From Burkholderiales bacterium (GTDB lineage: Bacteria > Pseudomonadota > Gammaproteobacteria > Burkholderiales > JACQAP01), in the NCBI GenBank assembly GCA_035275265.1, contig DATENC010000006.1, positions 243,667 to 307,666 on the forward strand: a stretch of 64,000 bases of DNA, written 5' to 3'. A model generated the notes under the pieces. That model searched no databases and was not told the origin of the DNA. It saw only the letters and a list, made by a program, of their open reading frames with translations. Below are positions 55,966 through 64,000 of the stretch, one piece after another. The position numbers and the translations under genes were made by a program. Every line of letters begins with the position of its first letter. The stretch's first letter is position 1.

Positions 55966-56958
55966 TTGGTGACTGATCAGGAAATCGGCAAAGCCGCAGA
56001 GATCCTTCGCGCGGGAGGATTGGTGGCGTTTCCGACCGAGACCGTGTATGGACTCGGCGCGGACGCGTCCAGTCCCGCCGCGGTGAAAAAGATCTTCGTC
56101 GCCAAAGGCCGTCCTGCCGACCATCCCGTGATCGTTCACATTGCCGACATGAGCGAACTGAAGCACTGGGCGGCGGAGGTGCCTCGCGCTGCGTGGTTGC
56201 TCGCGGAGAAATTCTGGCCAGGTCCCCTCACCATCGTACTCAAACGCTCGCCGCAAGTGAGCGACGTGATATCCGGGGGACAGAACACCGTTGGATTGCG
56301 CGTTCCGGGGCATCCCGTCGCACAGCAATTGTTGAAAGCGTTCGGCGGGGGTATCGCCGCGCCGTCGGCCAACAAGTTCGGCAGGCTTTCGCCAACGACG
56401 GCAGAGCATGTGCGCGGGGAACTCGGCAACGCCGTGGAGATGATTCTTGACGGCGGATCTTGCGACGTCGGTATCGAATCCACGATTGTGGATCTCACCC
56501 GTGAACCGCCGGCCATACTGCGTCCAGGACGTGTGAGCGCGCAGAACATCGCCGACGCGTTGCTGGTGCAACTTGGCGAAGCGGCGGAGAACCGGCCACG
56601 CGTACCGGGTTCGCTTGCCTCGCACTATGCGCCGCGCGCGCCACTTAAGATCATTCACCCCGATGAAATCGAGAGTTACGTGCGCCGTCAGGTCGTGCCG
56701 CGCCCGGTCGCGGTGGTGGCGCGGCGCGGGCGGCCGCGCGACTCGAAAGTGGCATTGTGGCAAGTGGCGCCCGAAACCCCTGAGGAATATGCGCGCCTGC
56801 TCTACGGCACCTTACGTCGCCTCGACGAAGCCGGATGCGGTCTTATCGTGGTCGAAGCGCTCCCGCAACTTCCCGAATGGACTGCGGTGCGCGACCGCCT
56901 TGATCGCGCGGCCACGATGGAACCCCCAATGCAGGCGACCGCTTCGGGCGGGAGTTAG
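55966..56958 (+). CDS. tsaC: L-threonylcarbamoyladenylate synthase, Sua5 type
   Basis: VAFPTETVYGLG, KGRPADHP, FWPGPLT, AAPSAN, GIESTI, PGSLASHYAP plus C-terminal SUA5 domain; TTG 55966 or GTG 55969 start. Confidence 0.95.
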   Translation: MVTDQEIGKAAEILRAGGLVAFPTETVYGLGADASSPAAVKKIFVAKGRPADHPVIVHIADMSELKHWAAEVPRAAWLLAEKFWPGPLTIVLKRSPQVSDVISGGQNTVGLRVPGHPVAQQLLKAFGGGIAAPSANKFGRLSPTTAEHVRGELGNAVEMILDGGSCDVGIESTIVDLTREPPAILRPGRVSAQNIADALLVQLGEAAENRPRVPGSLASHYAPRAPLKIIHPDEIESYVRRQVVPRPVAVVARRGRPRDSKVALWQVAPETPEEYARLLYGTLRRLDEAGCGLIVVEALPQLPEWTAVRDRLDRAATMEPPMQATASGGS

Positions 56959-57000
56959 CTTCAAAATCCGGCGTCGTTTCCAGGTCCGCGTACTGGTGCT

Positions 57001-57732
57001 CTACCGTCCTTTGGCTTTCAGAAGGCGGCGGAGTTCGTCCTCGCCCAGCGGGCGATGATCCTTTACCCGCAGGCTCTCGTTCCATTCCGCGGCGAAATCG
57101 CGCTCGAGCGCGGCGTTGAGCGCCGCCGTCACCATCATTGCAATCAGTGCACCGGCGCTGGCAAGCGCCATATCCTTGTGCGCGTCCCAAACGTCGCCCT
57201 GCGTGCCGAGATAAGCCTGCCCCAGGTCGCCGCCGAAGACGGCCGCCGCACCCCATTCGATCAGTTCGTAAAGCATGGAAGTGGACATGGTGATGTCGAG
57301 CGGGAAAAAGTACCCCCAGAACCCGCGCAGTTTCGCCACCCGCAGGAACACTTCTCGCACCGGATAAGCGAGCAGCAGTCCGTAGCCAAAATGCACGACG
57401 CGGTCGAAATTGTTGCGTTCCCAGCCCAGCAAGTCATTTAGCGAATGCCCCGTGACGGCACGGAACCAGTCGTCGTACGGAACCAGTGCGTAAGTGTAGT
57501 GCGCACCGACTATGTGAACCGACAGAAAAACGAAAATCAGGAGATAGGAAATGCGGGACAACGTTAGCTTGCGATAGGTGCCGACCATGAGTCCGACGAA
57601 CAGCACTACCAACGCGTTTTCGAGCATCCAGTCTTTGCGGTCGTGCGGCGAGATCGCGAGGATGACGGACTCGATTGCGAGCAGGGCGCCGAGCAGCAGC
57701 AGTAACTGGCGGTGCGGCAACCGAAGCAGCAT
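57001..57732 (-). CDS. DUF2238 (YjdF-like) membrane protein
   Basis: DWMLEN, GAHYTYALVP, RNNFDRVVHF, YELIEW, LGTQGDVWDAHKDM; ATG 57732 with GGAGG RBS. Confidence 0.9.
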   Translation of the reverse strand: MLLRLPHRQLLLLLGALLAIESVILAISPHDRKDWMLENALVVLFVGLMVGTYRKLTLSRISYLLIFVFLSVHIVGAHYTYALVPYDDWFRAVTGHSLNDLLGWERNNFDRVVHFGYGLLLAYPVREVFLRVAKLRGFWGYFFPLDITMSTSMLYELIEWGAAAVFGGDLGQAYLGTQGDVWDAHKDMALASAGALIAMMVTAALNAALERDFAAEWNESLRVKDHRPLGEDELRRLLKAKGR

Positions 57733-57857
57733 CCCCACCTCCCTCAAATTGAAACGACCTCAACGAACCAATCCGTCACAGCCGCAGCGCGCGCCAGTGG
57801 ACCACGCGGGCTGTTCAAATACTTCGCGCCAGGCAGGAGGGAAATGCGACGGGGATT

Positions 57858-59060
57858 TCAGCCTTTCGCAAGGCGGACCGCCGGCCGCGCAGCGATTGCC
57901 CCAGCCAAGAAATCGAGTGCGGCGGTAACGCCGTCTTTACGAATCGGCACGCCGGCGAGTCCCAGCCCCATTTCCACTCCACACAGCGTGCCCGCCAGCA
58001 TCAGGTCGTTGAAATCGCCAAGGTGACCGATGCGAAACACCTTACCTTGCATCTTTCCCAACCCAGCACCCAGCGACAGGTCGAAGCGATCGAGGACGAT
58101 TTGCCGCACCTTGTCGGCGTCATGGCCGGCGCCCGGCAACACCGCGGTCAGTGAATTGCTATATTCGTCGGGATTCGCGCACAGTATCTCCAGGCCCCAG
58201 GCACGCACCGCACGCCGCGTGGCTTCGCCATGCCGCGAGTGGCGCGCGAAAACGTTCTCCAGGCCTTCCTCCATTAACATGTGTAATGCCTCGCGCAGAC
58301 CGTAGAGCAGATTGGTAGCGGGCGTATAGGGGAAAAATCCCGAGCGGTTCGGCCCGAGCATTTCGTCCCAGCTCCAATAGGAGCGCGGCAACGCCGCCGT
58401 CTTGGACGCAGAGAGCGCCTTCTCGCCGACAGCGTTGAAGGAAAGTCCGGGCGGTAACATCAGGCCTTTCTGCGAACCCGCCACCGTGACATCCACACCC
58501 CATTCGTCGTGGCGGTAGTCGATCGACGCGAGCGACGATATGGTGTCCACCATCAGCAGCGCGGGATGCGCGGCGCGATCCATCGCCTTCCGCAACAGTG
58601 GAATGCGGCTCGTCACCCCGGTCGATGTTTCATTGTGGATCACGCACACGGCCTTGATGCTGTGGTCGCGATCCTCGGCAAGCCGCTGTTCGATCACCGC
58701 AGGATCCACCCCGTGGCGCCAGTCACCCGGGATGAAATCCACGCTGAGTCCGAGCCGGGTTGCCAGCTTCTGCCAGAGAGCAGCAAATTGGCCGGTCTCG
58801 ACCATCAGCACGCGATCCCCGGGAGAAAGCGTGTTAACCAGCGCGGCTTCCCATGCTCCTGTGCCCGAGGCCGGATAGATGATGACGTGGCCGGCGGTCC
58901 TGAATACCTGCTTGAGTCCATCGAGCACCTCGCGGCCGAGCGCACCGAACTCCGGTCCGCGATGATCGATCGTTGGACGATCGATTGCGCGCAACACGCG
59001 GTCGGGAACGTTGGTGGGTCCCGGGATCTGAAGGAAATGGCGTCCGCTACGATGCGTCAT
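57858..59060 (-). CDS. Class V aminotransferase, serine/alanine/aspartate-glyoxylate aminotransferase-like
   Basis: GRHFLQIPGPTNVP, SGTGAWE, HNETSTG, DTISS, PLP lysine in GSQKGLMLPPG, FRIGHLG; ATG at 59060. Confidence 0.92.
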   Translation of the reverse strand: MTHRSGRHFLQIPGPTNVPDRVLRAIDRPTIDHRGPEFGALGREVLDGLKQVFRTAGHVIIYPASGTGAWEAALVNTLSPGDRVLMVETGQFAALWQKLATRLGLSVDFIPGDWRHGVDPAVIEQRLAEDRDHSIKAVCVIHNETSTGVTSRIPLLRKAMDRAAHPALLMVDTISSLASIDYRHDEWGVDVTVAGSQKGLMLPPGLSFNAVGEKALSASKTAALPRSYWSWDEMLGPNRSGFFPYTPATNLLYGLREALHMLMEEGLENVFARHSRHGEATRRAVRAWGLEILCANPDEYSNSLTAVLPGAGHDADKVRQIVLDRFDLSLGAGLGKMQGKVFRIGHLGDFNDLMLAGTLCGVEMGLGLAGVPIRKDGVTAALDFLAGAIAARPAVRLAKG

Positions 59061-59212
59061 CAGTACACCCTGAGGGAAATGTCGAGCGTACTCACTTTCC
59101 ATCCCGGTCTCAAGCCGCATTGGGGAAGCTCGGACCACGGAACCTGATCAGAGCTTCCCTAGGGGCCACGCGGTATCATTCGACCTGTTCTTATTTTGAT
59201 ACCCGCCGACCA

Positions 59213-62185
59213 GTGAATGCGCCTGCCGCCCCGATTTCCGTAGGCCCCACACGACGTTTCCCCAGCGCGCTTGCGCGGCGTCTGCGGAGCGAAGTGGACG
59301 GTGACGTGTTGTTCGACACGTACTCACGCGGTCGCTACAGCACCGATGCCTCGATCTACCAGATCGAGCCGATCGGTGTGGTTGTGCCGCGCAACGAAGA
59401 GGCTGCACGGATCGCGCTCCAAGTTGCAGTCGACGAAGGGGTTCCGATCCTTCCTCGTGGCGCCGGAACCTCGCAGTGCGGACAGAGTGTCGGCGCGGCG
59501 CTTATCATCGACTGCTCGAGGAGCCTGAACGCCGTAACCGAGTTCGATGCCGAAAGACGCGAAGTAACGGTGCAACCGGGCGTGGTACTCGACCAACTCA
59601 ATGCGATTCTGCGCCCGCACCAACTGTGGTTCCCGGTGGACGTATCCACATCCGCCCAAGCTACCATTGGCGGAATGACGGGTAACAACTCCTGCGGCTC
59701 GCGATCCATCCGCTACGGCAACATGGTGCACAACGTACTCGGTGTCGATGCGTGGCTGTCGGGCGGAGAGGAGTTTCATTTCGGTCCGAGTGAGTCGCTC
59801 GCGGACGCAACTTCCGCGTATCGCGCCATGGTGGCGAAAATCCATGCCATCGTGCGGCGCGAAGCCGACGAGATCGAAACGCGCTGGCCCAAAGTGCTGC
59901 GCCGGGTACAAGGATATAACCTTGACATGGTGCTGCCGGACAGAGAATCGAAACCCGCGTCGCACAACCTCGCGCACCTGTTAGTTGGGTCGGAAGGCAC
60001 GCTGGCTTTCTCGAAGCGCGTGAAGCTAAAACTCTCACCGATTCCCCCGCACAAGGTTCTGGGCGTAGCGCATTTCGCCACCTTTTACCGGGCGATGGAG
60101 GTGACACGGCAAATTGTCACGCTCGACCCCGATGCGGTCGAACTGGTGGACCGTACCATGATCGATCTGGCGCGCGGGATCGCCGCGTTCCGTCCGATCG
60201 TCGCCAGGTTTCTCCAGGGTGAACCAGAGGCCATCCTTCTGGTGGAATTTGCGGGCGAGGACAGAAACGCGCAACTCGCAAAACTTCAGCGCCTGTCACA
60301 GATGATGGGGGACGTCGGACATCCCGGCGCCGTGGTGGAAATCACTGACGCCACTCTACAGAAGGAAATCTGGGAGGTACGCAAGGCCGGACTCAACATC
60401 ATGATGTCGATGAAGGGCGACGGAAAACCAGTGTCCTTCATCGAGGACTGTGCGGTACCGCTCGAACACCTTGCGGAGTACACCGACAGGTTGACAAAAA
60501 TCTTTGCGAAGCATGGCACCCACGGCACCTGGTACGCGCATGCGTCGGTGGGAACGCTGCACGTGCGCCCGATTCTGGATATGCGGCGCGATGGCGCGGA
60601 AAAAATGCGCGCGATCGCGGAGGAAGCTTGCGCCATGGTCCGGGAATTCAAAGGCGCCTTCTCCGGCGAGCACGGCGATGGACTGGTGCGCTCGGAGTGG
60701 ATCGAGCCGATTCTCGGGAGCCGACTGGGCACTGCGCTGGCGCAGATGAAGGACTTGTTCGATCCGAAGGGCCTGATGAATCCGGGCAAGATCGTGCGTC
60801 CGTCGAAGATGGACGACCGTTCGCTGTTCCGCTACAAGCCCGGTTACCGGGTCGAGAGGCTGGAGACCGCGCTCGATTGGTCGGATTGGGGCGGATTTGG
60901 TCCGGCTGTGGAAATGTGCAATAACAACGGCCACTGCCGCAAATTCGACGCCGGCACCATGTGCCCGTCGTTTCGCGTGACACGCGATGAACAGCACCTG
61001 ACCCGCGGCCGCGCCAACACGCTGCGGCTGGCGATCTCGGGCCAGCTCGGCCCGGACGCACTGACGTCTGACGCGATGCGCGAGACCATGGCTCTGTGCG
61101 TCAGTTGCAAAGGCTGCAAACGTGAATGTCCTACCGGCGTGGACATGGCGCGCATGAAAGTCGAGTTTCTGCATCACTACAACAAACGCCACGGTGTTTC
61201 GCTGCGGCAGAAGCTGATCGCTTATCTGCCGCGCTATGCGCCGCTCGCCTCCAGGTTCGCACCGTTGCTGAATCTGCGCGACGCGATCCCCGGACTCCCA
61301 TGGCTAACGGAGAAACTGTTTGGCTTTAGCGCACAACGAAGCCTGCCGCGGTGGGCTCATCGACGGTTTCTTACTCCCTCTCCTCTCGCAGGACACCCTG
61401 GCGAAGCCCGGAGTGCCCATTTAGAGGGCCGGGGAGAGGTGGTGATTCTGCTGGTGGATACATTCAATCGTTACTTCGAACCCGAAAATGTGCGTGCTGC
61501 GTTGGATGTGCTGGCAGCCGCGGGCTACAAGGTCGAAATTGCTGCCCCACGTGACGGAGGTCGGCCGCTTTGTTGTGGCCGCACATTTCTTGCCGCCGGT
61601 CTGGTGGACGAGGCAAGGGTCGAGGCGCAGCGCATGCTCGACGCGCTGCGTCCCTTTGTCGATCGAGGCGTACCTATTGTCGGGCTCGAGCCTTCCTGCT
61701 TGCTGACGTTGCGCGACGAATTTCTGGTGATGGGACTGGACGGAGAAGTCGGGCCGACTGCCGAGCGCGCGCTGCTGTTCGAGGAATTTCTCGCCGACGA
61801 AGCGGATGCCGGGCGCCTCAGGCTCGAACTCGGGCCACCGCGCGCGCAGATCGCGTTGCTGCATGGACACTGCCATCAGAAGGCCTTCGACGCCATGCCC
61901 TCGATACGCAAGGTGCTTGGCATGATCCCAGGTCTCAAAGTGCAGACGGTGGATTCCGGTTGCTGCGGCATGGCCGGCAGTTTCGGCTACGAGGCCGAAC
62001 ATTTCGCGGTGAGCATGAAGATGGCGGAACAGTCGCTGCTCCCCGCAGTCAGGAAAGCCGGACCGGATACGATCGTCGTCGCAGACGGCACGAGTTGCCG
62101 GCATCAGGTTCACGACGGAGCGCGCAAGGAGGCGCTGCATGTTGCGCGTGTGCTGCAGATGTCCCTGGAGGAAAGGAAGCGGTGA
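59213..62185 (+). CDS. FAD-binding and 4Fe-4S oxidoreductase (YdiJ-like / GlcD+GlcF-type 2-hydroxyacid dehydrogenase)
   Basis: PRGAGTSQCGQ, VGSEGTL, SGEHGDG, MNPGKI, CNNNGHC...CPS, CVSCKGCKRECP, CCG motifs; GTG start at 59213 is my best estimate. Confidence 0.92.
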   Translation: MNAPAAPISVGPTRRFPSALARRLRSEVDGDVLFDTYSRGRYSTDASIYQIEPIGVVVPRNEEAARIALQVAVDEGVPILPRGAGTSQCGQSVGAALIIDCSRSLNAVTEFDAERREVTVQPGVVLDQLNAILRPHQLWFPVDVSTSAQATIGGMTGNNSCGSRSIRYGNMVHNVLGVDAWLSGGEEFHFGPSESLADATSAYRAMVAKIHAIVRREADEIETRWPKVLRRVQGYNLDMVLPDRESKPASHNLAHLLVGSEGTLAFSKRVKLKLSPIPPHKVLGVAHFATFYRAMEVTRQIVTLDPDAVELVDRTMIDLARGIAAFRPIVARFLQGEPEAILLVEFAGEDRNAQLAKLQRLSQMMGDVGHPGAVVEITDATLQKEIWEVRKAGLNIMMSMKGDGKPVSFIEDCAVPLEHLAEYTDRLTKIFAKHGTHGTWYAHASVGTLHVRPILDMRRDGAEKMRAIAEEACAMVREFKGAFSGEHGDGLVRSEWIEPILGSRLGTALAQMKDLFDPKGLMNPGKIVRPSKMDDRSLFRYKPGYRVERLETALDWSDWGGFGPAVEMCNNNGHCRKFDAGTMCPSFRVTRDEQHLTRGRANTLRLAISGQLGPDALTSDAMRETMALCVSCKGCKRECPTGVDMARMKVEFLHHYNKRHGVSLRQKLIAYLPRYAPLASRFAPLLNLRDAIPGLPWLTEKLFGFSAQRSLPRWAHRRFLTPSPLAGHPGEARSAHLEGRGEVVILLVDTFNRYFEPENVRAALDVLAAAGYKVEIAAPRDGGRPLCCGRTFLAAGLVDEARVEAQRMLDALRPFVDRGVPIVGLEPSCLLTLRDEFLVMGLDGEVGPTAERALLFEEFLADEADAGRLRLELGPPRAQIALLHGHCHQKAFDAMPSIRKVLGMIPGLKVQTVDSGCCGMAGSFGYEAEHFAVSMKMAEQSLLPAVRKAGPDTIVVADGTSCRHQVHDGARKEALHVARVLQMSLEERKR
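61373..61441 (+). repeat. In-frame palindromic repeat (CCCTCTCC...GGAGAGGG type) with nested 30-bp hairpin insert
   Basis: Removing 61394-61423 gives CCCTCTCCT-CTCGC-AGGAGAGGG-CCGGGGAGAGG, a perfect 9-bp stem; encodes TPSPLAG[HPGEARSAHL]EGRGEV. Confidence 0.65.
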
Positions 62186-62478
62186 AGCTGAATCCCAGGC
62201 GGTTTCTTCTCTATTACCTGCCACTACTTGCCAACCTGGGTTTGATCGTCTACCTGACCTGGCAGCTCAATCTAGCGCCCTATTGGCAGCGGCAGGAAGA
62301 GTTCCGGATTTTTTCCGTGCTCTACGCAATCGGTGGGCTCGTGGTCGCGGTATCGGGTGTCACCGCGTTCCTTCATGCCGTGTCCAACAAAAAAGGCCCG
62401 CGCAATCTGTTCGTGTTGTCGCTATTGAATACCATTATCCCGACCGTGTTGCTGCTGGCCCTGCTGCAGTTCAGGTGA
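62182..62478 (+). CDS. Hypothetical small membrane protein (98 aa, about 3 TM)
   Basis: GTGA overlap with the oxidoreductase stop, GGAGG/AGGA upstream; MKLNPRRFLLYYLPLLANLGLIVYLTW...; three hydrophobic stretches. Confidence 0.65.
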   Translation: MKLNPRRFLLYYLPLLANLGLIVYLTWQLNLAPYWQRQEEFRIFSVLYAIGGLVVAVSGVTAFLHAVSNKKGPRNLFVLSLLNTIIPTVLLLALLQFR

Positions 62479-62491
62479 GAGGGACCGGAAA

Positions 62492-62977
62492 ATGTCCGAA
62501 TTGAAGTGGAAGTACCACGGCATCCGCATCGTAAAGGGAACGGAGCTCGACACCAACACCCCGCAGACGCCGGGGATGAACCGTGCCGCTGCAATCAGCT
62601 ACGCGCGCTGCGGCGCCGAAAAGCTGTGGGCCGGGACCGTGGTCATTCATCCCAAGGCCAAGACCGGCGCCCATCACCACGGCGCGGTGGAAAGTGTCAT
62701 TTATGTCGTCAGCGGCAAGGCGCGAATGCGTTGGGGTGACCAGCTCGAATTCGTCGCGGAAGCTGGCCCCGGCGATTTCATCCATGTGCCGCCCTACGTT
62801 CCGCACCAGGAGATCAACGCTTCCGACACGGAGCCACTGTCCTGCGTGCTTTGTCGCAGCGGACAGGAGCCGGTAGTTGTGAACCTCGACATCCCTGTGG
62901 TGGAAAAGCCTGAAGAAGTGCACTGGGTGGACAACATCCACCCCGATCCCGCAACCGGCAAGCCCCGCGAAGACTGA
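62492..62977 (+). CDS. Cupin domain protein
   Basis: Metal motifs GAHHHGAVESVIYV and GDFIHVPPYVPHQEIN. Confidence 0.9.
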   Translation: MSELKWKYHGIRIVKGTELDTNTPQTPGMNRAAAISYARCGAEKLWAGTVVIHPKAKTGAHHHGAVESVIYVVSGKARMRWGDQLEFVAEAGPGDFIHVPPYVPHQEINASDTEPLSCVLCRSGQEPVVVNLDIPVVEKPEEVHWVDNIHPDPATGKPRED

Positions 62978-63011
62978 ACGCCGACCGCAACGAAGCCGTC
63001 TACGTGCACCG

Positions 63012-63740
63012 CTACGATGCCGCTCGTTTGGTGAAAAGATGGTTGGGGTTCCTTGCGGCCAGCTGGTAGCGCCCGCTCTCGACAACCTCTGCAACTACTT
63101 TCTGTACCCCGGCAAAATCGGCCGAATCGTCGAACAGGATGAAGCCGCCCGGCGCCAAGAACTCATCCGCATTGAAGAAATCCCGGGAGGCGTACTCGTA
63201 GCTGTGGTTGCCGTCGATATAGCAGAAACCAATCGGTCCTCCGAGTCTGACCGATCTTCCGAACACATCCGATACCTCGGCGCCTCGCCTCCACAACGCG
63301 AAGAACTCATCGGAGAACACCTCGATCGTGTGGGGTAACCTTGTTCTGCTAAAAAGTTCGACGTTGTGGATGAACGACTCCCGGACGTGGTGCCTGAACT
63401 CCGCATGAGTCACCGGCGAATTCGGCGCAAGCAGGTCGTCCTGGGCATCCGCACCCTCGAAAACCCACTTGTCGCAGGAAAACAAAATATTGTTGCGCTC
63501 GTGCTTTTCCTTGAGATAAGTGATCACATTCGTCGACAGGCCGCAGAACGACCCTATTTCGACGATCGGAAGGACATCGGGCATGTTCCGGATTGCAAGA
63601 TCGAGGCAGTACAGGTTGCCAGGATGCAACATTCCGGCGTTCGCAAGGGTCAGCCAGTTCAAGAAACTGTCACTGATCTCTTTGCGATTTGCATACCAAT
63701 ATGCGCGCTGGATGAGATTCAAGGTCTTTCTTAGCATCAT
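63012..63740 (-). CDS. Class I SAM-dependent methyltransferase (Methyltransf_24-like)
   Basis: IVEIGSFCGLS, FCYIDGNHSYE, LAPGGFILFDD; ATG 63740 or 63737. Confidence 0.85.
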   Translation of the reverse strand: MMLRKTLNLIQRAYWYANRKEISDSFLNWLTLANAGMLHPGNLYCLDLAIRNMPDVLPIVEIGSFCGLSTNVITYLKEKHERNNILFSCDKWVFEGADAQDDLLAPNSPVTHAEFRHHVRESFIHNVELFSRTRLPHTIEVFSDEFFALWRRGAEVSDVFGRSVRLGGPIGFCYIDGNHSYEYASRDFFNADEFLAPGGFILFDDSADFAGVQKVVAEVVESGRYQLAARNPNHLFTKRAAS

Positions 63741-63808
63741 CCGTCCTATCGGTTGCACATGGTGGTCAAGCCATCTATCACGCGGCAATGCTCCGAAGGC
63801 GGTATCGC

Positions 63809-64000
63809 CTAATGAATCTCCGGCTCGGCCGTCGGCGCGGTGCCTTCGAGGAAGTCAAAATCGCAGCCGAGGTTGGCCTGCTTGATATGCTCGGCGAAGA
63901 TCTTGCCGTAGCCGCGCTGGAATTTCGGTGGATTGGGTTTCCACGCGGCGCGGCGTTTCGCCAGTTCTGCATCGCTCACTTTGAGAGAGAGTTTCCTTCC
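63809..64000 (-). CDS. IlvD/Edd family dehydratase (sugar-acid dehydratase-like), C-terminal part only
   Basis: Hand translation: GRKLSLKVSDAELAKRRAAWKPNPPKFQRGYGKIFAEHIKQANLGCDFDFLEGTAPTAEPEIH*; 5' part outside the window. Confidence 0.85.
   Translation of the reverse strand, partial: GRKLSLKVSDAELAKRRAAWKPNPPKFQRGYGKIFAEHIKQANLGCDFDFLEGTAPTAEPEIH

Noticed and set aside
61570-62181. N-terminal 204 aa of ORF 61570-62478
   Set aside because: Off-frame overlap with the oxidoreductase; only the hydrophobic part from GTG 62182 looks coding.

Overview
GC-rich chromosomal segment, most likely from a betaproteobacterium (Burkholderiales/Nitrosomonadales-like gene order, no recF between dnaN and gyrB), spanning the replication origin region. 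In order: (1) an accessory catabolic locus (M20 deacylase, fused MdcD-MdcE-like decarboxylase and malonyl-CoA synthetase MatB, divergent from a Dpp/Opp-type ABC transporter); (2) the complete F1Fo atp operon; (3) parB-parA-rsmG-mnmG, two parS sites and a 218-220 bp MITE-like insertion with perfect terminal inverted repeats, a target duplication and a RhuM-like gene fragment; (4) TSUP-mnmE-yidC-yidD-rnpA-rpmH divergent from dnaA-(putative oriC)-dnaN-gyrB; (5) topA-smg-dprA-LysM divergent from def-fmt-rsmB-DUF4390-NtrY/NtrX-like pair; (6) tkt, then a glucose-utilisation block (glk, SemiSWEET, Gts-like ABC transporter), then gap-pgk-pyk-purE-purC-tsaC/sua5; (7) DUF2238, a glyoxylate aminotransferase divergent from an FAD/Fe-S 2-hydroxyacid oxidoreductase containing an in-frame nested palindromic repeat, a small membrane protein, a cupin, a SAM methyltransferase and the 3' end of an IlvD/Edd dehydratase. 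No rRNA, tRNA or CRISPR array was recognised. The best candidate for an undescribed system is the apparently ACP-independent malonate / N-malonyl-conjugate catabolic locus at 1-9257. All assignments are from motif recognition by eye; no searches were run.
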